The notes under the pieces are model-generated. The model saw only the letters and a program-made list of their open reading frames with translations, ran no database searches and had not been told where the DNA came from. The translations under genes and the position numbers were made by a program. Positions 19,271-29,228 of a stretch of 64,000 nt of DNA are shown here, piece after piece (position 1 is the stretch's first letter; each line of letters opens with the position of its first letter). Source of the DNA: Candidatus Bathyarchaeia archaeon (lineage in GTDB: Archaea > Thermoproteota > Bathyarchaeia > Bathyarchaeales > Bathycorpusculaceae); contig JBEKOM010000004.1 of NCBI GenBank assembly GCA_049521795.1, forward strand, positions 32,001-96,000, read 5' to 3'.

Positions 19271-19460
19271 CTCGAAATCACCAGTTCTATGAAAACCCTT
19301 TCGAGCTATTCAAGTCTTCTCTTCACATTCTACGCTTGATTTCTATGCTTGCACGCGAGGGATCGCTAATGGAAAACAAGCTAGGGAAACTCCGATTTCC
19401 CACGTATTAGTTTTATTAGCGGTAACGTGCAAACTAGTTAGAGAAGGGTGATCGCCAAGA

Positions 19461-20729
19461 ATGAAGTCTTTTGATGCAAGTTCAGCGTACCGCTTCATGG
19501 AAAGACTCGTCAAAGACATCGGAAACCGAGAATCGGGAACAGACTCAGAGCGGAGAGCAGCGCAGCAAATAAAAACTTGGTTCGAGGAGCTCGGACTTGT
19601 CAGCGTCAGAACGGAGGAGTTCGAAGTCCAAACAAGCCAGATTCTGAAAGAAGAGGCCTCGCTTCCCGACGGCACGAGAATCGAATGTACAGCTGTTGGA
19701 AACTCGCTGTCAACCCCGCCTGAAGGCGTCGAAGCAGAAGTCGTTATGCTGGAGTCGACGTCACAGGAATCGCTGAAAAAAATCGAGAACAAAATCGCCG
19801 TTCTGAGCCTGATTCTCTACCAGAAAGACTTCATCAAAGTCGTTAGAGCCAAGCCCCTTGCCCTGGTCTATCCTTCCCGCACTCCCCTAGCGCCCACTAT
19901 TTATCGTTCCATCCACGCTGAATTCGTCGAAAAGGAAAACGTTCCGGCCGTGTCAATGGCCCACGACGACGTACTCAACGTGCTGAAAGGCCCGAAAAAG
20001 CTGAGAATAATCACTGAAGTGAAGAAAGTGACCGCTAAGAGCCAAAACGTCCTCGGCGAAGTGCCAGGCGTTCTCGAAGACGAAGACATACTCATCGGAG
20101 CGCACTATGACACGGTGAGAAGCGTCATGGGGGCCCACGACAACGCCGCAGGAACCAGCCTAGTGCTCGAACTTGCAAGAATTTTTGCTGGTGAAAAATC
20201 AAACCGAACGCTCAGAGTCGCAGCGTTCGGCTCCGAAGAGCTTGGACTGCGCGGCAGCTTCCATCACGCCGAAAATGCAGAGAACACTAAGAACCTCCGG
20301 CTCTGCCTCGACTTCGACGTACACGGAATACTGCTCGGAAGCTTGAGCGCTGTCGTACTGGGACCAGAAGAATTGAAGTCATACCTCTCTTTCACAGCTA
20401 AGGAGCTTGGGATACGCCTCCAAGCCACGAGTGAGTTGGGAATGGGAGGTTCAGACCACATGCCTCTGGTCTTCTACGGTGTTCCTTCTATCATGCTGTC
20501 ACGAGGGGGAGGAGCAGCCCAAATAATGCACACGAACCTTGAAGACCTGCGCTGGTGCGGTCAAGAAGCCTTCATCCCCGCAGGCAAGCTAAGCCAAACA
20601 CTTTTGGAACGCTTACTGAGAGCCGAGGAACTGCCCTTTGAGAAAAAGATTCCGAACGACGTTGCCAAAGCGCTTGAAAAGAGGTTCGAAGACTCAGGCA
20701 TCAGGAAAAAGGCGAAAGAAGGAGCATAA
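19461..20729 (+). CDS. M28 family aminopeptidase with PA-like insert
   Basis: IGAHYD, GAHDNAAG, FGSEELGLRGS, GSDH and MHT..ED zinc-ligand motifs. Confidence 0.92.
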   Translation: MKSFDASSAYRFMERLVKDIGNRESGTDSERRAAQQIKTWFEELGLVSVRTEEFEVQTSQILKEEASLPDGTRIECTAVGNSLSTPPEGVEAEVVMLESTSQESLKKIENKIAVLSLILYQKDFIKVVRAKPLALVYPSRTPLAPTIYRSIHAEFVEKENVPAVSMAHDDVLNVLKGPKKLRIITEVKKVTAKSQNVLGEVPGVLEDEDILIGAHYDTVRSVMGAHDNAAGTSLVLELARIFAGEKSNRTLRVAAFGSEELGLRGSFHHAENAENTKNLRLCLDFDVHGILLGSLSAVVLGPEELKSYLSFTAKELGIRLQATSELGMGGSDHMPLVFYGVPSIMLSRGGGAAQIMHTNLEDLRWCGQEAFIPAGKLSQTLLERLLRAEELPFEKKIPNDVAKALEKRFEDSGIRKKAKEGA

Positions 20730-20798
20730 TGACAAGGCGTGCAGGTAAGGCATCCAAGCGCGCGCAGGGCATATATGCGTGTCCAGAAGCATCCGCGA

Positions 20799-20903
20799 TG
20801 GCTGGCAACGCTAGGAAAATTGGAAAATCAAAAGGCGTTTGACCCAGACGAAACCATATTACTCTACCTCACGGGTAACGCAACGAAATATCTCGATGTA
20901 CTA
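20799..20903 (+). pseudogene. Remnant of the C-terminus of a threonine synthase-like PLP enzyme
   Basis: LATLGKLENQKAFDPDETILLYLTGNATKYLD resembles the ThrC C-terminal 'DPDETVV..LTG.GLK' motif; the rest of the enzyme is absent. Confidence 0.5.
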
Positions 20904-21016
20904 GAAATGAGAAGAGAAAATAAAAGTCCCAGAGCGAAACACAAACTCATTGGGCTACTTTCCGCGAGAAGAGGTGCTTATACGTTTCCAGATGTTTATG
21001 TCACCGAGGGAAACGT

Positions 21017-21412
21017 GTGATTAAAACTGTTTGGTCAATCACCTTCTACGTTTCGGATTTGAAGAGGGCTGCAAGATTCTATGAGGAAACATTGGGCTTG
21101 GAGCGAAAGTACGAGTTCCCAAGCTACGTCGGGTTCGATTGCGGTGGCATAGAAATAGGCTTAATCTCAAGACCAAAAGGCGAAGCGCCGTGCAACACGT
21201 CACCGACTGTGCAGCTGCTCGTGGATGACGTTGACCAGTTTTGCGCGGAACTAGAGGCGAAGGGAGTCAAGTTTACAAAAGAACTGCACGATGAAACGTG
21301 GGGCGGCAGACAAGGAACGTTTAAGGATCTAGACGGTAACGTCCTTGAAGCCACACAGATAAACTGGGAAAAATACTTCGAAGTGTCAGCAAAAGGTGCC
21401 CAAAACAAGTAG
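21017..21412 (+). CDS. VOC/glyoxalase family protein
   Basis: VSDL..A..FY...LGL, VDDVD, WGGR...F.D.DGNVLE motifs. Confidence 0.9.
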   Translation: MIKTVWSITFYVSDLKRAARFYEETLGLERKYEFPSYVGFDCGGIEIGLISRPKGEAPCNTSPTVQLLVDDVDQFCAELEAKGVKFTKELHDETWGGRQGTFKDLDGNVLEATQINWEKYFEVSAKGAQNK

Positions 21413-21457
21413 CCAGCACGTGAAGAAATAAGGAAACGATGCCATGCAGATTGCCCG

Positions 21458-21682
21458 CTATTGTTTTCTTCCGCATTCAGGGCAGAAACGCGCCGAAACA
21501 GGTATTCTGCTCTTGCAGTTGGGGCAGATTTTCAACACAAGTTCAGGACGCAACAAGGCCCCGCAGAAATTGCAGTAGCTAGAACCTGAGGAGACTTCCC
21601 TCCCACATCTTGGGCAAATCAAGTATCTTCCATACAAGGGAAGCGGAATCAGAACCCAACCTCCAACGTTCAAATCATCCAC
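21458..21682 (-). CDS. Double zinc ribbon protein
   Basis: CPRCG...YCNFCG...CPNC...FCPECG. Confidence 0.75.
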   Translation of the reverse strand: MDDLNVGGWVLIPLPLYGRYLICPRCGREVSSGSSYCNFCGALLRPELVLKICPNCKSRIPVSARFCPECGRKQ

Positions 21683-21963
21683 TTCGTTCGAACTGGCTTC
21701 TTGAACTTCATCATCACAGTCTGCTATTTATGCGGTGTCTCCTCGATGAAGGATACGCTTCAAGCAGTTACAAAAATCCTAAGAAGCCAATCTCTCAAAT
21801 GATTTTGCCTATTTTTTTGAGCGAGCGGATGGAGCTTACTCTTGACCTAGACTAAGCATGTCGTGTGCAAATAGGATCACTCAATCTCAAGGAGTGACGA
21901 GAGGTTCGCGCGAATTAAGCAGATTGATTATAGAAAAGAAAATGGGAAGGTGGAAGAGACGGT

Positions 21964-22365
21964 CTACTTTTCTCTCGTTATTGAAAAGACGTGTCTAATG
22001 GCGATTATCACGGCGGCTGGCGCTGCGAACGCGACGATGTACTTCAGAATCGCTGATGCCCAGTAGTACAGCAGTTGATGAATAGTTGCTAATGGTTGCC
22101 AGACATTCGACAACGTTCCTGCCACGACCAGAGCAATTGTTGCTATGAGGAACGGCGTTACGTCTTTTACGCCAACGCTTATGAGCCCAACTACTATTCC
22201 AAGAATCAGAAGAATTAACATCACGTCCGCGTCGGCGTTCATAACATTGGTGTCACTCCAATGAAGTGTTGCGTTGTAGGCCATGTAGCCGATGACTAGC
22301 CCCATGACGATTGCTATGACAACAAAGGCGAGAAATGCCCACCTGGCCACTTCTTTCATTTCCAT
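21964..22365 (-). CDS. Hypothetical integral membrane protein
   Basis: Four hydrophobic helices; LGIVVGL...K+...FLIA.IAL and F.APAA motifs. Confidence 0.75.
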   Translation of the reverse strand: MEMKEVARWAFLAFVVIAIVMGLVIGYMAYNATLHWSDTNVMNADADVMLILLILGIVVGLISVGVKDVTPFLIATIALVVAGTLSNVWQPLATIHQLLYYWASAILKYIVAFAAPAAVIIAIRHVFSITREK

Positions 22366-22583
22366 TTATACCACGGAATTCCCTATATGTTTGAATATGT
22401 GTTATAAATTTTATGCAATTTGCAGGGCTCTTTTCGGCCTGAGTGCAACTGAAGGGTGTTCTTCGTCTCCATAGAAAGCAGAATCACTCTCTGCGCGCAC
22501 GTTCAAGTTGAGATCACGATCAATATGACTTCAGCAAAGCTTTTCCTCACATAACACACATGGTTATTTTCAAGGGGTCTAGT

Positions 22584-23687
22584 ATGGGAATTCGGCAGGT
22601 TGCAGTTTATCACGTTGTTCTAAGGTACAGGGAACCTTTTCGAATTGCTCCTGGAGTGAGCACCGAGGCGGACAACGTTGTTGTGAAGCTGATTACTGAT
22701 TATGGAGTGGTCGGCTGGGGTGAGTCTTCTCCGTCGAAGAGGGTGACCGGTGAAACGGTGGAGACAGTGGTCAGAACCCTGGACGAGATTGGGCCAAAGC
22801 TCATTCGTATGTGCCCGTTGAGGATCGAGCAGGATGTCGAACTAATGGACACTGTCGTTGAGGGGAATCCTGCGGCGAAAGCAGCGGTTGACATGGCGTT
22901 GCATGATGTTTTGGGAAAAACGGTTGGAAAGCCATTGTTCATGCTGATTGGCGGCTATCGGACTGAAGTCCTGACGGACATAACATTGGGCATCAAATCC
23001 GCGAAGGGGATGGCTGGCGATGCTGCCAAGGCTGTTAGGAAGGGTTTCAGGGCGCTGAAGGTGAAGTTGGGCACAGACCCTGCTGAGGATGTTGAACGTG
23101 TGAGGGCAGTTCGTGAAGCAGCAGGTGACGACGTGCAGATACGGGTTGACGCTAACCAGGGCTGGACAGTTAAACAGGCTGTTGACGTGCTCAACAAGAT
23201 TGAAAAGTATAAGATACAGTTTGCAGAGCAGCCGGTTTCTGCGCAGGACATCAAGGGCCTGCGCGAAGTCAGGAGGAACTCGCCTATACCCATCATGGCC
23301 GATGAGAGTGTTCACTCGCCCCGAGACGCTCTACGACTCATACGTGCGGAGGCGGTTGACTTGATAAACATCAAGTTGATGAAGTGCGGGGGAATTCTGA
23401 ATGGGCGGAAAATTGCTGAGGTCGCTGAGGCTGCCCGGGTGCCCTGCATGATTGGATGTATGAGCGAGTCTGAGATCGGCATAGCCGCGGCTGCCCACTT
23501 GGCCGCAGGGGTTAAGAACATTCAGTACGCAGACTTGGATTCGGACCTTCTGCTCAAAGACAAACTGGTCAAGAAAGGCGGTGCAGGCGTCAAGGATTCT
23601 GCGAGAACATTCTCAAAGATTTGCGGCTTAGGCGTGGAAGAAATAAACGCTGAACTTCTGGGAAAACCGACAAAGTTATACAAGTAG
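22584..23687 (+). CDS. Dipeptide epimerase (L-Ala-D/L-Glu epimerase, enolase superfamily)
   Basis: LKVKLG, DANQGW, EQP, ADES, NIKLMKCGG, GCM.E and DLD motifs. Confidence 0.92.
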   Translation: MGIRQVAVYHVVLRYREPFRIAPGVSTEADNVVVKLITDYGVVGWGESSPSKRVTGETVETVVRTLDEIGPKLIRMCPLRIEQDVELMDTVVEGNPAAKAAVDMALHDVLGKTVGKPLFMLIGGYRTEVLTDITLGIKSAKGMAGDAAKAVRKGFRALKVKLGTDPAEDVERVRAVREAAGDDVQIRVDANQGWTVKQAVDVLNKIEKYKIQFAEQPVSAQDIKGLREVRRNSPIPIMADESVHSPRDALRLIRAEAVDLINIKLMKCGGILNGRKIAEVAEAARVPCMIGCMSESEIGIAAAAHLAAGVKNIQYADLDSDLLLKDKLVKKGGAGVKDSARTFSKICGLGVEEINAELLGKPTKLYK

Positions 23688-23795
23688 CACTTCCATCGGC
23701 TTAGATGGCCTCAGCTTTTCACGGCTGCAAAGACCAGGGTAAGCTTCCCAGACCTGAGCATCGACCCATACACCTGTCTGCTTCTTCAAAGCTTG

Positions 23796-23858
23796 TTACC
23801 ACACAACATTACCAAACAACATTACCAAAACCGTTACCACAAAAACGGGGGGGAGGGA
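23796..23858. repeat. Four TTACCA iterations (13/13/12-nt spacing) followed by a G7AGGGA tract
   Basis: TTACCA at 23796, 23809, 23822 and 23834; then CGGGGGGGAGGGA at 23846-23858. Confidence 0.75.
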
Positions 23859-23970
23859 CGAGAAAACTGCGAAGTCTAAGCTCTAGCACAGCGGAACGGT
23901 GGTCTGAAGAACCTGCCGAATCATTTGAGAAGGCAAATCATTTTAGGCTAAGGTTTCGTAGTTGATTAGC

Positions 23971-24465
23971 ATGAATCGTCAATTTGAGAGGCATCTTGTA
24001 GAGACTATGCGGAGAATGGAAGATCCTGGGTTGCTTTTGGTGAGTGCGAATAAAGATGGAAAAAGCAATGTGATGACGATTGGTTGGGGGTTCGTGGGCG
24101 TTTTCTGGAGAATGCCAGTTTTTATGGTGGCCGTGAGGCCTTCGAGGTTCAGTCATGAGTTCATCGAAGAGAGCGGCGAGTTTACGGTGAATGTTCCCGG
24201 CGACGGCATGGACGACGTTGTTGAGTACTGTGGCAAAGTGTCAGGAAGGAAGCACGACAAGTTCGCAGAATGTAAACTGCGCTTGCTAAAGGGCAAAAAG
24301 GTGCGCGTGCCCGTGATCAAAAAGTGCAAGGTACACTATGAGTGTCAGGTCGTGCACAAGCTTGAGGTCGTTCCAGGTTTAGTTCCTGCAAACGTCAAGA
24401 AGACCTTCTATCCGCGTGGCGACCATCACACGATATACTTTGGAAAGATCGTTGCAGTCTACTGA
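23971..24465 (+). CDS. Flavin reductase-like family protein (flavoredoxin type)
   Basis: NVMTIGWG, VRPSRFS, GEFTVN, CG.VSGR..DKF, HTIYFG. Confidence 0.9.
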   Translation: MNRQFERHLVETMRRMEDPGLLLVSANKDGKSNVMTIGWGFVGVFWRMPVFMVAVRPSRFSHEFIEESGEFTVNVPGDGMDDVVEYCGKVSGRKHDKFAECKLRLLKGKKVRVPVIKKCKVHYECQVVHKLEVVPGLVPANVKKTFYPRGDHHTIYFGKIVAVY

Positions 24466-24622
24466 GCAAGCGTTTTCAAGATGAGTCTGGCTGCTAACTG
24501 AAGACGGGTAACGCTTACTGAATAGGCGTCTCATCCCTGATCTTGTGGCCGCGAAGATTTATTACGTATGCTGTTCTATGTGTGCAAAGAAACCTACTGG
24601 TTCAATACAGGTGTTTGATGAG

Positions 24623-25018
24623 ATGAAGGGCAAGACGATACGACAGAAGGTGGTAATTCCTGCCACGCCAAACGAGGTTTATGAGGCCTACGTTGACCCG
24701 AAGAAACATTCAAAGTTCACCGGCAGCAAAGCAACCTTCGATCCCGAGGTCGGCGGAGAGTTTACAGCTTGGGATGGCTACATATCAGGAAAAAACTTGG
24801 GGCTGAAGAAGGGAAAGAAGATAGTGCAGGAGTGGCTGACGACAGAATGGCCCAAAGGTTTTCCTCCTTCCAGACTAGAGTTAACTCTTAAGAAGACAGA
24901 AGAGGGCACCGAGATCTCGATGGTTCATTCTGGGGTTCCTGCTGAGCAGGCTGAAGACACAGCACAAGGCTGGAACGAATTTTACTGGGAACCGTTGAAG
25001 GAGTTTTTCAAGAAGTGA
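24623..25018 (+). CDS. SRPBCC / AHSA1-like domain protein
   Basis: VYEA..DP..HS.FTG, GGEFTAWDGYI.G, GW.EFYWEPLK. Confidence 0.88.
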   Translation: MKGKTIRQKVVIPATPNEVYEAYVDPKKHSKFTGSKATFDPEVGGEFTAWDGYISGKNLGLKKGKKIVQEWLTTEWPKGFPPSRLELTLKKTEEGTEISMVHSGVPAEQAEDTAQGWNEFYWEPLKEFFKK

Positions 25019-25140
25019 AATCGTGCACCCGTCTTGTAGCCTGACCGAAACCCAACCATTGCGCAGAGCATTAGAACCGGCGAATAGGCACGGCTAATTC
25101 GGGACTGCGACGTCAAATATCAAGGATAAGTCGTTTCTGT

Positions 25141-26010
25141 ATGTCTTCAAGCTTGCCTCACGTTTTGAAGTCTGATCTCGATTTTCCCGAGGTAGGAATG
25201 CACACCTTTCCATTTTCAAGTTCCGCGTCTTTTCGGATCTATTCAAGCACGGAACCGCACAACTGGAAGATAGGTGATTTACAGAAAGGCTTGATCCTCG
25301 TCCACAACGGAACAGAAACGGTTGGCGAAGGAACAGGTTTCGGGGTTCCCGTTCTCGTCTATTCAGACGAAACTTTTTTTTCAGGGTCGTCAAAAGTGGA
25401 CGTTTCCAAGGGTGATGGACCTCGCACAGTCTGTAAGGAGTTCGTGATGGACAGGGTTGCCAGAAACAGGTTTAGAAATGTAACGCTGGAAAACAGGATA
25501 GCACGCAGGTTTTTCACGCGCTTAGCAGATGTTTACCAAAAACATCCAACGTTTCGGTTTCTAACGTTGAAAGACCTGACTGGAAAAATGGATGTCGACA
25601 CGACTTTTTTGAAAGCAAGTTCAAAAGGTAAGGTTGTTGTCACTTACACGATGGATGGACCCAGTGTTGAGGTGAGAGCTGATTTCAGGGATTTACAGAG
25701 AAGGGGACTTGAAAAGATTTTCATGCTGAATGAGCATGGGTCGAGGTTTTTCAGGGAATACGCTGATTCTGAGGGCGCAGAATTAGTGGACACTGCGATA
25801 GGTGCTTGGGACGGGATAAGCGCGAAATGGAGTTGTCTGAAAACTCTGAACGGTGATTTTGGCTTTCGCCTGTGGAAGGCTGAAAACAGCATATTGCGCA
25901 GGGGCCGCGAGTTTCTGAAGGGTTCGCTGGATTGGGTTGGCTTGGACTACGAGGTTAATCCCCTGATGGATGTTTTCGAATATGTGATTGAGGTTCTGGA
26001 CGTGCATTAA
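25141..26010 (+). CDS. Hypothetical protein, translationally adjacent to the radical SAM gene
   Basis: 289-aa ORF ending 2 nt before the next gene; motifs QKGL, GEG.GFGVP, MLNEHG, RGRE...LDW.GL.Y. Confidence 0.7.
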   Translation: MSSSLPHVLKSDLDFPEVGMHTFPFSSSASFRIYSSTEPHNWKIGDLQKGLILVHNGTETVGEGTGFGVPVLVYSDETFFSGSSKVDVSKGDGPRTVCKEFVMDRVARNRFRNVTLENRIARRFFTRLADVYQKHPTFRFLTLKDLTGKMDVDTTFLKASSKGKVVVTYTMDGPSVEVRADFRDLQRRGLEKIFMLNEHGSRFFREYADSEGAELVDTAIGAWDGISAKWSCLKTLNGDFGFRLWKAENSILRRGREFLKGSLDWVGLDYEVNPLMDVFEYVIEVLDVH

Positions 26011-26012
26011 CG

Positions 26013-27371
26013 TTGACGATGGTAACGTTGGTCTATCCGTATTTTCAGCCTTCGGGTGATAATTCGATTTTCCGATTTCCTCCTTTGGGGTTAGGCTACA
26101 TAGCCGCGTATTTGAAGAGCCACGGCATCTCGGTTGAGGTGGTCGATTGCACCTTCATGAGCCAAGAGGAGGCGTTAGAAAGGATTAGGAATTCGAGACC
26201 GAAGATAATCGGGGTGCAAGTGATGTTTTCGATGAAGGAAAAGGCCCTTGAAATTGCCAAACTTGCCAGAAAAGACTGTGCGCTTCTCGTTGCAGGCGGG
26301 CCGCTTCCAACAGTGGAACCTGAAGAATTTCTCTCGTCCTTTGACGTTGTGGTTGTCGGCGAAGGCGAACAGACCATGCTTGAACTGGTCCGTGCAGTCC
26401 AAGGCGGCACTAGTTTGAAGGACGTGAGGGGAATTGCCTTCAAGGAAAAGGGCGAGGTCAAGGTGACTTCTCCTCGGAGTTTCATCGAGAACCTTGATGA
26501 TGTTCCGTTCCCATCCAGGGAACTGTTCGATAACCAAGCCTACAAGAGTTACTATTCGAAGAACTTCGGTTACACGACAACGTCAATCATAACCTCTCGA
26601 GGCTGCCCGTTCAAGTGTGACTTCTGCAGCAGACCGATATTTGGCAACAGGTTCAGGTCGAGAACGGCTACCAACGTAGCCGAGGAGGTTGAGGCAGTCC
26701 GTGAGCTCGGCTACGAGAGGGTATGGTTCGCCGATGACTGCTTCACGCTGGACCGAAAGAGGATGCTGAACATTTGCGACGAACTGGTTCGCAGACGCAT
26801 CACCATCAGCTGGGAATGCCTGTCAAGAGTTGACACTGTAGACTTGGAAGTCGCTCAGAGGATGAAACAAGCCGGATGTGTTCGCGTGTTTTTCGGAATA
26901 GAATCTGGAAATGAAAAAATCCTCAAAATCATGCAGAAACACGCGACCACGAGACAAGCTATGAATGCGGTCTGCGTTTTCAAGAAGGTTGGAGTTCAGG
27001 TAGGCGCGTTTTTCATAATAGGCTACCCCGGCGAAAACGATGAGACAGTTCTGGACACGGTCAACTTTGCGTCTTCTCTTCCCCTGAATTACCTGTCCTT
27101 CACCTTTCCTTACCCCATTCCTGGAACGCCGCTCTTCGAAAGGGTGAGAGACAGGATGAATTCTGAAGATTGGAAGGAGCCTGAAGGGTTTCATCTCATA
27201 AAGCACAAAATGCTCTTCCGTTCTCCTTTTTCTGAGGTCAAGCTGAAGTTTGCAATCTTCAAAGGCATGACACAGTTCTATTTGCGGAAATACATGGGGA
27301 AAAGAGTTTACAGCCTATTGGGCAGACCGTATGAACGTCTCACGGATGCGTTGTACAGAATCTTGAATTGA
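26013..27371 (+). CDS. B12-binding radical SAM protein (class B methyltransferase-like)
   Basis: PPLGLGYIAA, GGP.PT, GEGE, SRGCPFKCDFC (CxxxCxxC), DDCFT, GIESG, PGTPL. Confidence 0.92.
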   Translation: MTMVTLVYPYFQPSGDNSIFRFPPLGLGYIAAYLKSHGISVEVVDCTFMSQEEALERIRNSRPKIIGVQVMFSMKEKALEIAKLARKDCALLVAGGPLPTVEPEEFLSSFDVVVVGEGEQTMLELVRAVQGGTSLKDVRGIAFKEKGEVKVTSPRSFIENLDDVPFPSRELFDNQAYKSYYSKNFGYTTTSIITSRGCPFKCDFCSRPIFGNRFRSRTATNVAEEVEAVRELGYERVWFADDCFTLDRKRMLNICDELVRRRITISWECLSRVDTVDLEVAQRMKQAGCVRVFFGIESGNEKILKIMQKHATTRQAMNAVCVFKKVGVQVGAFFIIGYPGENDETVLDTVNFASSLPLNYLSFTFPYPIPGTPLFERVRDRMNSEDWKEPEGFHLIKHKMLFRSPFSEVKLKFAIFKGMTQFYLRKYMGKRVYSLLGRPYERLTDALYRILN

Positions 27372-27479
27372 TTTTTCCCCAGACTCTCAGTTTAGCAGAG
27401 TTCGGTTTCACAGACTTTCTGAAGCAACGCAAATGCGACCACTTCGCAGGCTGTTCTTGTTGTTAGATCTCGCCGTTTT

Positions 27480-28697
27480 TCATCTCGCCGATATCAATCG
27501 GACCAGCAAAACGTTTGAAGCCAGCAGGATGACGGCGAAACCGAATGGAAAGACAATGTTGAAGTTCGTGATCAAAACCGCTGCTATTAACGGCGAGACA
27601 GCGCCCGGTCCGTCACTTGAGAGGAAATAGAGGGAGTAGGCTCTTCCTCCGCTGGATGTGTCTGCTAGAGACGCAACCATCGACGATGCCGGCGTCCACA
27701 TTGCGTTTGAGAACAGTTGATAAGTGAAAAAGGAGACGATTGCGAGCGATGTCAGTGGGATGGTTATGAGGCCAAGAAGGAATATAGCTTGTCCAACGTA
27801 TATGAGCACGAGGGAGTTCTTCTCTCCGAACCTAGAGCTCAGATACCCGCCCACTAGTGAGCCTACGATGCCGACTAATGGTCCGGCGCCGAAGATTATG
27901 CTTGCCACGTCTAGGGCCAAGTGCCGCTGCGAAGTCATATAGGTCGTCATGAATGCGCCCACGCTGCCATTTGCCAAGGCGTTTAATCCCATGGAAGCCA
28001 TTAGGACTATGAATCCCAGAGTTATGAGGGACGATTTACGGGCACTGTGGTGGACTCCCCCATCGTCCGCGCTAATTTGGTCTTGTGTCGTTTCAGGCGG
28101 TCTCTTTGGAAGTCGCTGGGTTCTTGTTCTTACCAAGATCGCGGCCCAAGCCAAGAGTGGCACTGCAAAAAGAAGGTAGCAGAAACGCCAGCCAAACTGA
28201 ATTAACAGCAGGCCCAGGGAAATGGTTCCCAGAGATTGGCCTATGCAACCAGAGGCCCCGTGCAATCCTATGGCGGCGCTCCTTTCCTTCGGGTCAGAAA
28301 ACCATCCTTGGAGAATGCTTAGCCCTGGAGGGTGATAAAGTGTGACGGAAATCATGATCAGGGAAAGGGAGAAAACAAGAAACGCTGCCGTAGTTGATTG
28401 GCTTACAAGCACGGCGCCCAGTCCGCCCACAAGCACGCTCAAAATTATCAGACGTCTCGGTCCAAATCTGTCTGCAAAGATTCCGGCTGGCAAAGTGAAG
28501 ATCAAACGGCAAAGGCTTGGAACTGTTATAATCAGTCCAGCGTCAAAGACCGACAGGTTAAACTCCTTAATGAAAACTGGCACGAGTGCCGGATGCATGA
28601 GAAGAAAAACCTCGATCAGCATGTGGCTGATCCAAACCGTCGTAAAGGGCTTCACTGCTTCGTTTCTGACCTTGAACAGATTCGTGTTCCTGAGCAC
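27480..28697 (-). CDS. MFS transporter
   Basis: G.FADRFGPRR motif A, YHPPG; about 12 hydrophobic segments. Confidence 0.9.
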   Translation of the reverse strand: MLRNTNLFKVRNEAVKPFTTVWISHMLIEVFLLMHPALVPVFIKEFNLSVFDAGLIITVPSLCRLIFTLPAGIFADRFGPRRLIILSVLVGGLGAVLVSQSTTAAFLVFSLSLIMISVTLYHPPGLSILQGWFSDPKERSAAIGLHGASGCIGQSLGTISLGLLLIQFGWRFCYLLFAVPLLAWAAILVRTRTQRLPKRPPETTQDQISADDGGVHHSARKSSLITLGFIVLMASMGLNALANGSVGAFMTTYMTSQRHLALDVASIIFGAGPLVGIVGSLVGGYLSSRFGEKNSLVLIYVGQAIFLLGLITIPLTSLAIVSFFTYQLFSNAMWTPASSMVASLADTSSGGRAYSLYFLSSDGPGAVSPLIAAVLITNFNIVFPFGFAVILLASNVLLVRLISAR

Positions 28698-28818
28698 CCG
28701 ACTTTCCTAACAATGTACATTAATAATACGATTTCTGTTCCAGTGCCTTCCTCAGGTTTCACGGGTATGCCAGTTTGTACGGCGAAAAACGATATTACTC
28801 GGGCCGCACTTCTAGGTT

Positions 28819-29031
28819 TCATTCATCCAATTCCGTGTATATCCTGTCCAGCTTCAGGCTTGCTCGTTTTCCAGCCAGCCTTAGCAGAACGTAGTGTAGA
28901 GTCTCATGAACTATTATGTTCTCGATCTCGCCTTCGTACAGCCCACCAAAAATGTAGACGATTCCGTAACCAGCATCGAAAACCCCGTGAATTGGGGGAA
29001 ACTGAAAGACAAATTTCAGCGACTTGGCCAT
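28819..29031 (-). CDS. Small protein with HEXXH zincin motif
   Basis: 70-aa ORF with ATG start, containing IIVHETLHYVL. Confidence 0.5.
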   Translation of the reverse strand: MAKSLKFVFQFPPIHGVFDAGYGIVYIFGGLYEGEIENIIVHETLHYVLLRLAGKRASLKLDRIYTELDE

Positions 29032-29228
29032 TTGTTGTTCCCTTCGTCATGCAGCGTTCTTGGTTCTTCTCCAAAACAACCTAGAGCAGGATTCAGTATA
29101 AGTGGGATATTTCGGTCTGCAAAATATATCGGGCTCTTGAGGAACAATGGTTAAATAGAATGTCCCTATCATTCTGAGAATTGGTGCTTCGAAAATGGGG
29201 TATTTAGAAACACAACCGTAAACGCGTT

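Noticed and set aside
23796-23858. Replication origin (ORB repeats)
   Set aside because: A G-string is present, but there is no ORB palindrome core and no adjacent orc1/cdc6 gene.
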